A stretch of DNA of 64,000 nucleotides from Paludibacter jiangxiensis (lineage in GTDB: Bacteria; Bacteroidota; Bacteroidia; Bacteroidales; Paludibacteraceae). The notes under the pieces were generated by a model that was not told where the DNA came from, searched no databases, and was given only the letters and a program-made list of their open reading frames with translations. The stretch lies in assembly GCA_945897785.1 (NCBI GenBank), contig CAMDGD010000006.1, forward strand, positions 428 through 64,427. The letters run 5' to 3'. Positions 56,948 to 64,000 of this stretch are shown here, in pieces (position 1 is the stretch's first letter; each line of letters starts with the position of its first letter). The position numbers and the translations under genes were made by a program.

Positions 56948-57475
56948 TTACCAATCGGCAACAGTTTGATTGTAAATTGTTTCGGTTAGTTCATCAATAA
57001 TAACCGCAGTAAGCTGATCTTGAACATCTGTTAGCATCTTAGTGCTTGAAAAATTCTGAAAAGCACTGAATGAGCTCTCAAAATCTTTTGCTGGATTTGA
57101 TTTGTTTGAAAAGCGCACCGTTACGGTAATAGTCAGTCTGGTTTCTGCCGCAATAGCATCTCCCCCAATAGACATTGGCATTAGGTCGTAGCCGGTAATC
57201 TCGCCTGCTATGGTCAAATCGCCATTCGAAGCAACAGGGCGCAAGCGAGTTTGTTTGGTAAAAATATCCTTTAAAGCATCGTTAAACATTGGAGCAAAAG
57301 AAGGATTAACCAAAGGAGCATAGTTATTAAAATCGGTAATTGCAATTGTTTTCGTTTTGGAATAATCTATAGACGCCCCATTGAACTTATACGAAATAGC
57401 ACAAGATGAAAGTACTATAAGTATCGATAAAAACACGCATTTCTTACTACCAAACAACAATTTACTCCAATCCAT
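56948..57475 (-). CDS. lptE: LptE-family lipoprotein (call based on size, lipobox and context)
   Basis: 175 aa with a signal peptide and lipobox (VLSSC). It lies between the sigma-54 activator and secG, an arrangement I recall as conserved in Bacteroidota. Its start overlaps the upstream gene by 14 nt. Confidence 0.5.
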   Translation of the reverse strand: MDWSKLLFGSKKCVFLSILIVLSSCAISYKFNGASIDYSKTKTIAITDFNNYAPLVNPSFAPMFNDALKDIFTKQTRLRPVASNGDLTIAGEITGYDLMPMSIGGDAIAAETRLTITVTVRFSNKSNPAKDFESSFSAFQNFSSTKMLTDVQDQLTAVIIDELTETIYNQTVADW

Positions 57476-58700
57476 ATTCTTTTATTTTTCTATATAGGGT
57501 TCTTTCCGAAATATGTAAATCGGCAGCAGCATATTTTCGTTTACCATTATGTTTTTCCAAGGCTTTTTTAATCATTTCCTTTTCTGCATCAACCAATGAC
57601 AAGGACTCCTCCACATATTCTTCGGTGTCTTCAATATTGTTTCGCTGAATTTTTATGTTTGACGGAGTCTGTTTAGGCATATAAGGCATGGCATCCAATT
57701 CATCATCAGCATCAAAAACAGCATATTTATCGTGCTTACTTACCTGTGAAATATCAATATTTTGTTTTGTTATTATATCGTGAACCAGTTGTTTTAAATC
57801 ATTCATATCCTTTTTCATATCGAACAGCACCTGATACAATATTTCTCGCTCACTATCAAAAGACCTTGATTCTGCCCTATTTTTATATAAAGCAGGTAGA
57901 TTTTTACGTTCATTCTGCGGCAAATACAAGGCTAATGTATCTGCATTAATATCTTTATTTTGCTCAATAACAGATATTTGCTCGGTTATATTTTTTAACT
58001 GGCGAATATTCCCAGGCCAATAGAAATTGCTTAAAAGCTGTTGTGCATCTTCCGTTAGTTTAACTGCGGGACGGTGGTATTTATCAGCAAAATCAGCAGC
58101 AAACTTCCTAAACAACAATACAATATCTTCTTTTCTGTTGCGCAAAGGAGGAACAGTAATTGGAATAGTGTTTAGGCGATAATACAAATCTTCGCGAAAC
58201 CTGCCGTCGCTTATCGCTTCAGACATATTTAAATTGGTTGCAGCAACAATACGCACATTTGATTTTTGCACTTTAGATGAACCCAAACGCATATACTCAC
58301 CGGCTTCTAAAACCCGTAACAACTTGGCTTGTACATCAGCAGGCAACTCTCCTACTTCATCTAAAAAAATAGTACCCCCTTCAGCTGCTTCAAAATACCC
58401 TTTACGTTCATTTTTCGCATCAGTATACGATCCTTTTTCGTGCCCAAACAACTCAGAATCAACTGTTCCCTTAGGAATTGCCCCACAATTTACGGCAATA
58501 TAAGTAGCATGTTTGCGTCGACTATATTGATGGATTATTTGCGCCAAATTTTCTTTACCAACACCACTCTCTCCAATAATTAACACAGAAAGATCTGTTG
58601 GTGATACTTGAACAGCAACATCAATAGCTCGGTTCAACAAAGCAGAATTACCAATAATTCCAAACCGTTGTTTTATCATTTGAATTTCAGATAGTTGCAT
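57462..58700 (-). CDS. sigma-54-interaction-domain transcriptional activator (Fis-type HTH), lacking a receiver or sensor domain
   Basis: The AAA+ core starts at residue ~10 (Walker A GESGVGKE, Walker B IFLDEVGEL). The ELFGHEKGSYTDA loop sits in place of ELFGHEKGAFTGA. A C-terminal HTH_8 is present (…AAADLHISERTLYRKIKEYG). Confidence 0.8.
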   Translation of the reverse strand: MQLSEIQMIKQRFGIIGNSALLNRAIDVAVQVSPTDLSVLIIGESGVGKENLAQIIHQYSRRKHATYIAVNCGAIPKGTVDSELFGHEKGSYTDAKNERKGYFEAAEGGTIFLDEVGELPADVQAKLLRVLEAGEYMRLGSSKVQKSNVRIVAATNLNMSEAISDGRFREDLYYRLNTIPITVPPLRNRKEDIVLLFRKFAADFADKYHRPAVKLTEDAQQLLSNFYWPGNIRQLKNITEQISVIEQNKDINADTLALYLPQNERKNLPALYKNRAESRSFDSEREILYQVLFDMKKDMNDLKQLVHDIITKQNIDISQVSKHDKYAVFDADDELDAMPYMPKQTPSNIKIQRNNIEDTEEYVEESLSLVDAEKEMIKKALEKHNGKRKYAAADLHISERTLYRKIKEYGLE

Positions 58701-58753
58701 TATAGTAGAAAATATAAAATAAAAAATACTGCTATTATAACATGTTCGACTGA

Positions 58754-58761
58754 CAAAATTA
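58754..58761 (-). promoter_or_regulatory. -7 box TAatTTTG for the sigma-54 activator-lptE transcript
   Basis: The plus strand reads caaaatta, 54 nt upstream of the ATG at 58700. Confidence 0.4.
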
Positions 58762-58848
58762 CAAAATATTGCGTAATAAAAAACAGTATTTATCGAGTAA
58801 TAAGAAATTTTAGTATTTCGTAATTGTTTTTGATACGGCTTGTTTTAC

Positions 58849-58856
58849 TATATTTG
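58849..58856 (+). promoter_or_regulatory. -7 box TAtaTTTG (with TTTG at 58829..58832 as a possible -33) for the GHL10 gene
   Basis: Exact match 22 nt upstream of the ATG at 58878, divergent from the box at 58754..58761. Confidence 0.5.
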
Positions 58857-58877
58857 CAGGCTAATGAAAAAAAACAT

Positions 58878-60392
58878 ATGGTTTCTCGAACGCTACTATC
58901 GTTAACATTCTTATTTCTATTTAATTACACTTTTTCAGCTGCGCCAAAACGGCAAATGCGGGCGGTTTGGATTGCAACTGTAACCAACCTAGATTGGCCT
59001 TCAAAAAAAGGGCTAAGCACCTACGAACAAAAAAAAGAAATGATTCGATTGCTTGATGAGCTTCAAGCAAACAATATCAATACGGTAATTTTTCAAGCTC
59101 GTCCATCGGCCGATGTGTACTATGAATCTTCTATAGAACCTTGGAGTATGTGGTTGTCGGGCAGGCAAGGTATTGCGCCCTCTCCTTATTACGACCCGCT
59201 ACAATTTGTTATCGACGAATGTCACAAACGATGCATGGAAGTTCATGTATGGCTTAATCCGTACCGAGTGCTAAACTACGATGATGTTTCCTTATTTAAC
59301 AAAGACCACTTGTTTTTTAAACGAAAAGAATTATTCGTTAAATACGGCAATAAATATTATTTTAATCCGGGCTTAAAAGATACACAAGAACACTTAACTA
59401 CAATTGTAAAAGAAATTGTAAAAAAATACGATATTGCTGCTATTCATTTTGATGATTATTTTTACCCTTATCCGGTAGCCGGAGAAAACTTCCCTGACAA
59501 CTGTACCTATCAAAATAATCCACGCGGTTTTTCGTGTAAAAACGACTGGAGAAGGGACAATGTCACCGAAATTATCAAGCAATTAAACCATACCATCAAA
59601 AGCATTAAGCCTTGGGTAGAATTTGGCATTAGCCCTTTTGGTGTTTGGCGACACAAAGCACAAGACCCTCTAGGCTCTGGCACTACACAAAGTTTAACTA
59701 ACTACGACCATTTGTATGCAGATATACTTAAGTGGCTCAAAGAAGGATATATCGATTATGTGGTTCCGCAGCTCTACTGGGAAATTGGTCGAAAAAATTT
59801 CGACTATTCTGTATTGGTCGATTGGTGGGCAAAAAATGCCTATAATAGCAATTTATATATTGGTCTCTTTGCTTCTGGATTTGAAATATCTAATGCCCAA
59901 GCATGGAAAAAACCAAACGAGCTAATAAGGCAAATGGACCTAAACAAAATTTACCCTCAAATACAAGGTGAAGTTTTTTTTAGAGCTGGTACATTTATTA
60001 AAAACCACCAAGGACTAAACACCACGCTTAAAAACAAGCATTACAAGTATCCTGCATTAGTTCCCATAAGTAAAACAATTACGGGAGAGCAATCAGCACA
60101 ACCAAAAATAATTGAATTTATTGAAGAAAATAACAAACGGATATTGTCCTGGCAAACCGTTAATGAAAAGGACGGAAAGGAAGTAGCTTATTATGTAATA
60201 TATGCCTTTCAGGGTGATGAAATTGGGGATATGAATGACCCCTCAACCATTGTAGGTATTAGCGCCGAAAACAAGCTCGATTTAACTGATTTCTGTGCAA
60301 GCAAGCATGGATCTTACGCTTTTGTGGTAACATCCATAAATAAATACAAATTAGAAAGTGATGTTAAAACATACATAATTAAAAAACTATAA
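58878..60392 (+). CDS. glycoside-hydrolase-like family 10 (GHL10/DUF187, YngK-like) secreted protein
   Basis: From the ATG at 58878 there is a signal peptide (MVSRTLLSLTFLFLFNYTFSA). RAVWIATVTNLDWPS and FQARPSADVYY blocks are typical of GHL10. The tracked TTG start at 58824 lies upstream of the TAtaTTTG box at 58849..58856. Confidence 0.7.
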   Translation: MVSRTLLSLTFLFLFNYTFSAAPKRQMRAVWIATVTNLDWPSKKGLSTYEQKKEMIRLLDELQANNINTVIFQARPSADVYYESSIEPWSMWLSGRQGIAPSPYYDPLQFVIDECHKRCMEVHVWLNPYRVLNYDDVSLFNKDHLFFKRKELFVKYGNKYYFNPGLKDTQEHLTTIVKEIVKKYDIAAIHFDDYFYPYPVAGENFPDNCTYQNNPRGFSCKNDWRRDNVTEIIKQLNHTIKSIKPWVEFGISPFGVWRHKAQDPLGSGTTQSLTNYDHLYADILKWLKEGYIDYVVPQLYWEIGRKNFDYSVLVDWWAKNAYNSNLYIGLFASGFEISNAQAWKKPNELIRQMDLNKIYPQIQGEVFFRAGTFIKNHQGLNTTLKNKHYKYPALVPISKTITGEQSAQPKIIEFIEENNKRILSWQTVNEKDGKEVAYYVIYAFQGDEIGDMNDPSTIVGISAENKLDLTDFCASKHGSYAFVVTSINKYKLESDVKTYIIKKL

Positions 60393-60398
60393 TTATTC

Positions 60399-61775
60399 TT
60401 ATTCATTTTTAAATAAGATACGGAAAGCTTCTTCTACCTTTTTAACACCGATAATTTTAATTTTTTTACTGGATAAATGGGTGTTTTTTAGATTTGCTTG
60501 AGGTACAATTATCCGTTCAAAACCTAATTTCTCGGCTTCGGCCAATCGTTGTTCTATTCTATTCACGGGACGAATCTCGCCCGACAAGCCAACCTCTCCC
60601 GCCATTGCTATTTGTTTTTCAATGGCTAAATCAAAATTAGACGATAAAATAGCCGACATTACCGCTAAATCAATGGCCGGGTCGTTAACCTTTAAACCGC
60701 CGGCAATATTTAAAAACACATCTTTTTGAGCCAATTTAAAGCCGGCTCTTTTTTCTAGAACTGCCAACAACATATTCATTCTTCGGATATCAAACCCTGT
60801 AGCTGAACGCTGCGGTGTACCATACGCCGCCGTGCTTACCAAGGCCTGCACTTCAATTAGGAATGGTCGTACACCTTCTATGGTTGCCGAAATAGCTACC
60901 CCACTCAAGCCTTCGTGGTTATCCAAAAGCAACAACTCAGAAGGATTAATCACCTCACGCAAACCCTCTTGTCGCATCTCAAATATACCCAACTCTGCAG
61001 TACTTCCAAAGCGGTTTTTAATTGATCGTAAGATACGATACATATAATGCTGATCTCCTTCAAATTGCAAGACGGTATCAACAATATGCTCTAAAACCTT
61101 CGGACCGGCAATAGCACCGTCTTTGGTAATATGACCTATTAGCAAAACAGCCACATTACTCTCTTTAGCATAACGGAGAATCGCTGCTGCACACTCACGA
61201 ATTTGTGAAATACTTCCCGGAGATGAATCCAGTACTTCGGTGGACATGGTTTGAATCGAATCAAAAACCACCAGATCAGGTTTTAACTGCTGTATTTGCA
61301 CAAAAATCTGCTCTATCGAAGTTTCGCTTAAAATAAAACAGCTATCGTTTGAAATATCCAATCTGTCTGCTCGAAGTTTTAATTGCTTCGGACTCTCTTC
61401 GCCGCTAACATACAAGGTTTTTTTACCATGCATATTAAGCACAACCTGAAGCACCAAAGTAGATTTTCCGATGCCAGGTTCACCACCAATAAGCACCAAA
61501 GAACCTGGAACTAACCCGCCCCCCAATACACGATTAAATTCGCCACAAGCGGTATCAATTCGCGCCTCACTTGTAGTTTCAATATCTTTAACTAACAATG
61601 GCTTTGCCTTGTTTTTATCTAACCCAGGTATAACCACTTTATGCGAAGAGCTATCTTTACGCACCAGCTCTTCAACAAAAGTATTCCACTCACCACACGA
61701 AGGACATTTACCCACCCATTTTGCAGCTTCTACACCACAATTGGTACAAAAAAAGCTTGTTTTAGTTTTAGCCAT
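60399..61775 (-). CDS. radA: DNA repair protein RadA (Sms)
   Basis: N-terminal MAKTKTSFFCTNCG…CPSCGEW zinc ribbon, Walker A GEPGIGKST, the KNRFG motif and a Lon-protease-like C-domain. The tracked TTG at 61799 falls inside the -7 box 61797..61804, so the ATG at 61775 is preferred. Confidence 0.9.
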   Translation of the reverse strand: MAKTKTSFFCTNCGVEAAKWVGKCPSCGEWNTFVEELVRKDSSSHKVVIPGLDKNKAKPLLVKDIETTSEARIDTACGEFNRVLGGGLVPGSLVLIGGEPGIGKSTLVLQVVLNMHGKKTLYVSGEESPKQLKLRADRLDISNDSCFILSETSIEQIFVQIQQLKPDLVVFDSIQTMSTEVLDSSPGSISQIRECAAAILRYAKESNVAVLLIGHITKDGAIAGPKVLEHIVDTVLQFEGDQHYMYRILRSIKNRFGSTAELGIFEMRQEGLREVINPSELLLLDNHEGLSGVAISATIEGVRPFLIEVQALVSTAAYGTPQRSATGFDIRRMNMLLAVLEKRAGFKLAQKDVFLNIAGGLKVNDPAIDLAVMSAILSSNFDLAIEKQIAMAGEVGLSGEIRPVNRIEQRLAEAEKLGFERIIVPQANLKNTHLSSKKIKIIGVKKVEEAFRILFKNE

Positions 61776-61796
61776 AATTGCATATTTTCTACCTTT

Positions 61797-61804
61797 CAAA
61801 GGTA
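61797..61804 (-). promoter_or_regulatory. -7 box TAccTTTG for radA
   Basis: The plus strand reads caaaggta, 22 nt upstream of the ATG at 61775. Confidence 0.5.
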
Positions 61805-61825
61805 AGTATAAATTCGAGGAATAAA

Positions 61826-61867
61826 CTAAAAAGGATGACAGGCACTTGGCTTATCATCCTTTTTTTA
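61826..61867. terminator. bidirectional-looking terminator after the biotinyl-protein gene
   Basis: aaaaa-aggatga…tcatcct-ttttttt. Confidence 0.7.
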
Positions 61868-61903
61868 TTACCGTAAAATGCTCTAAGAATTTTTTGAATA
61901 TGT

Positions 61904-62236
61904 TTATTTCTCTAACTCAAATAATAAAAATTCTTTAGGCACACGCACACCTTTTTCAACATTAATTTTTTTAATTTTTGCAGAAAAGGGCATATCAATT
62001 CTATTTTTCATCTTCATTGCTTCCAGAATCATTATAGGCTCACCTTCTTCAACGAAGTCTCCCTCTTTCACAAAAACATCTACAATTGTACCCGGAATAA
62101 AAGAAAATATTTCCATCGGATCCGGATTTTCCCAAAACTTGCGTTGTTTATATTTCCTTGTTAGTAAGGTTTTATACTTGCGAGCAGTAACGGCAAAATC
62201 AATAAATTCTTTGTCTTTGTTCTCTTTTGTTGACAT
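61904..62236 (-). CDS. biotinyl (biotin/lipoyl attachment) domain protein
   Basis: 110 aa with the C-terminal biotinylation motif ILEAMKMKN inside a lipoyl-like hybrid barrel. It lies downstream of the carboxyltransferase gene. Confidence 0.8.
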   Translation of the reverse strand: MSTKENKDKEFIDFAVTARKYKTLLTRKYKQRKFWENPDPMEIFSFIPGTIVDVFVKEGDFVEEGEPIMILEAMKMKNRIDMPFSAKIKKINVEKGVRVPKEFLLFELEK

Positions 62237-62288
62237 AGCACTGTTTTTTAGTTTCTAATAATAATAATTCGCATTTATACAGCATATA

Positions 62289-63833
62289 TCAAAACGGAGG
62301 AATTCCATGTTTCTTTTTTGGCCGTTCATCAACCTTTTTAACAGAAATAGATAACGCATGTAATAAAACTGAACGTGTTTCTGCCGGTTCAATTACACCG
62401 TCAATATATCCTTTTGAGGCAGCCACATAAGGATTTGCAAATTTATCAATATACTCTTGCACTTTTTCAGCACGCATAGCATCTTGATCTTCTGCTTCCA
62501 TAATCTCTTTACGAAATATTATATTTGCAGCACCTTCAGGCCCCATAACAGCGATCTCTGCACTTGGCCAAGAGAACACAAAGTCGGCACCTAAATGGCG
62601 AGAATTCATAGCAATATAACCACCACCATAAGCTTTACGAAGTATGATAGTTATTTTAGGTACAGTAGCTTCAGAATAAGCATACAGTACTTTAGCCCCG
62701 TGGCGAATCACACCTTCGTGTTCTTGATCAACACCAGGTAAGTATCCCGGCATATCTTCCAACGTAACCAACGGAATATTAAAAGCATCGCAGTAACGGA
62801 TAAAACGACCTGCTTTATCCGAACTATCACAATCGAGTACACCGGCTAAATAAAGCGGTTGATTAGCAACAAAACCAATAGTTTCTCCATTCATTCTACC
62901 AAAACCTACTACGATGTTTTGAGCAAATAATTCGTGTACTTCCAAAAATTCAGAATCATCAACTAACACCTTAATAATATCTCTAACATCGTAAGGTTGT
63001 TTAGGATCTGATGGAATAATGTTTTCGATACTCTTTTTAATTTTAGGCTCTTTAGGTTCAAAAGCCCGTGCTTTTTGATTATTATTCCAAGGAATAAAGC
63101 GAATAAGTTGTTTAATTTGTTCAAAACACTCCTGTTCGCTACCAGCATAAAAATGAGCATTTCCAGTAATTTCGGCATGTACTCTAGCACCACCCAAATC
63201 TTCTTGAGAAATTTTTTCACCCAATACTGATTCAATAACATTTGGACCTGTAATAAACATCTTAGAAATATTCTCTACCACAAAAACAAAATCGGTTAAT
63301 GCTGGCGAGTAAACAGCGCCACCGGCACATGGACCTAGAATAACCGAGATTTGAGGAATTACCCCGGAAGCCATAGTGTTGCGGTAAAAAATCTCACCGT
63401 AACCGGCTAAAGCTCCAATACCCTCTTGAATACGTGCACCGCCTGAATCATTTATACCAATCAAAGGCACTTGTAATTTTAAAGCATGGTCCATAATTTT
63501 GGTAATCTTACGCGCATGTTTAAGTCCTAAAGACCCACCCATAACCGTGAAATCTTGCGCATAAATACAAATTGGAGCCCCATAGATGGTTCCAGTTCCG
63601 GTAATAACACCATCTCCGGCCAACTCCTTTTTATCCATACCAAAGTTGCGCTCTTCATGTTGAACAAATAAATCATACTCATGAAAGGAATTTTCATCTA
63701 GAATAGCAAGTATCCTATCTCGGGCAGTTAACTTACCCATAGCAACTTGTTTTTCAATAGCTGCATCTCCTCCACCCTTTTGAACAATGGCTTTTTTCTC
63801 ACGCAAAGCCTTAATGTTTTTCTTTAGTGACAT
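62289..63833 (-). CDS. acyl-CoA carboxyltransferase (methylmalonyl-CoA decarboxylase alpha / propionyl-CoA carboxylase beta family)
   Basis: Two crotonase-like carboxyltransferase halves, with blocks such as DSGGARIQEG and PKITIILRKAYGGGYIAM. The tracked start at 63866 is a TTG, and the ATG at 63833 (MSLKKNIKALREKK) is preferred. Confidence 0.85.
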   Translation of the reverse strand: MSLKKNIKALREKKAIVQKGGGDAAIEKQVAMGKLTARDRILAILDENSFHEYDLFVQHEERNFGMDKKELAGDGVITGTGTIYGAPICIYAQDFTVMGGSLGLKHARKITKIMDHALKLQVPLIGINDSGGARIQEGIGALAGYGEIFYRNTMASGVIPQISVILGPCAGGAVYSPALTDFVFVVENISKMFITGPNVIESVLGEKISQEDLGGARVHAEITGNAHFYAGSEQECFEQIKQLIRFIPWNNNQKARAFEPKEPKIKKSIENIIPSDPKQPYDVRDIIKVLVDDSEFLEVHELFAQNIVVGFGRMNGETIGFVANQPLYLAGVLDCDSSDKAGRFIRYCDAFNIPLVTLEDMPGYLPGVDQEHEGVIRHGAKVLYAYSEATVPKITIILRKAYGGGYIAMNSRHLGADFVFSWPSAEIAVMGPEGAANIIFRKEIMEAEDQDAMRAEKVQEYIDKFANPYVAASKGYIDGVIEPAETRSVLLHALSISVKKVDERPKKKHGIPPF

Positions 63834-63903
63834 AAAATTTGTTTTTGGTAAATACTTTAAAACCAAACATTTAGATTGATTTTACATTATAGATAATCTT
63901 GTG

Positions 63904-63911
63904 CAAAAGTA
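63904..63911 (-). promoter_or_regulatory. -7 box TActTTTG for the carboxyltransferase-biotinyl protein operon
   Basis: The plus strand reads caaaagta, 71 nt upstream of the ATG at 63833. Confidence 0.4.
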
Positions 63912-64000
63912 ATACTTATTATATACTACCACCTATTTTTATGCTTTAGTTTTCAACAAAATTCATTAATAAATATAGTAAAGCACATATAATCAATACA

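Noticed and set aside
1-64000. Possibility that the adhesin locus or the Tyr-rich module is a mobile or horizontally acquired island
   Set aside because: No integrase, transposase, tRNA target, flanking direct repeats or obvious compositional break is visible. Promoter boxes and terminators look the same as those of neighbouring housekeeping genes.

Overview
This 64-kb AT-rich chromosomal segment looks like a Bacteroidota genome, probably an anaerobic Bacteroidia-type organism; the exact taxon needs a database search. Four things support that: a complete MoxR/DUF58/BatA-E aerotolerance operon, T9SS components (a type B C-terminal sorting domain and a PorP/SprF gene), an rpmB-rpmG-DUF4295 operon, and recurrent TAnnTTTG '-7' promoter boxes at sensible distances upstream of many genes, with almost no Shine-Dalgarno sites. 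I call about 50 CDS. Most are housekeeping: clpB, ligA, dapA, galE, prmA, rimO, ftsY, rpmB, rpmG, cinA, ilvC, secG, radA, an HU protein, a phosphohexomutase and an acyl-CoA carboxyltransferase with a biotinyl protein. I found no rRNA, tRNA, CRISPR array, transposase or integrase. Three regions deserve a second look. (1) 10023..12686 is a two-gene module. It encodes a signal-peptide protein with a block that is 47% tyrosine and a 170-aa Ser/Arg/Thr/Asn/Gly tail, followed 27 nt later by a 505-aa FadL/PorV-like outer-membrane barrel. I cannot assign this pair to any described system. (2) 40293..56003 is a T9SS surface-adhesin locus. It holds a 2905-aa protein built from three nested repeat families plus a type B CTD, then PorP/SprF, a TPR/PD40/4x repeat/OmpA protein, a secreted protein with five SPOR-like domains, and a 229-aa secreted unknown. 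(3) 28635..30088 is a canonical HU gene translationally coupled to an HU-domain/TM/LysM-like membrane protein. Smaller points: a 50-aa DUF4295 gene is missing from the ORF track, several tracked TTG starts are contradicted by promoter boxes, batC contains a coding CAA/CAG microsatellite, and the sigma-54 activator has no receiver domain and a degenerate GAFTGA loop. All family calls come from motif recognition by eye, and no searches were run.
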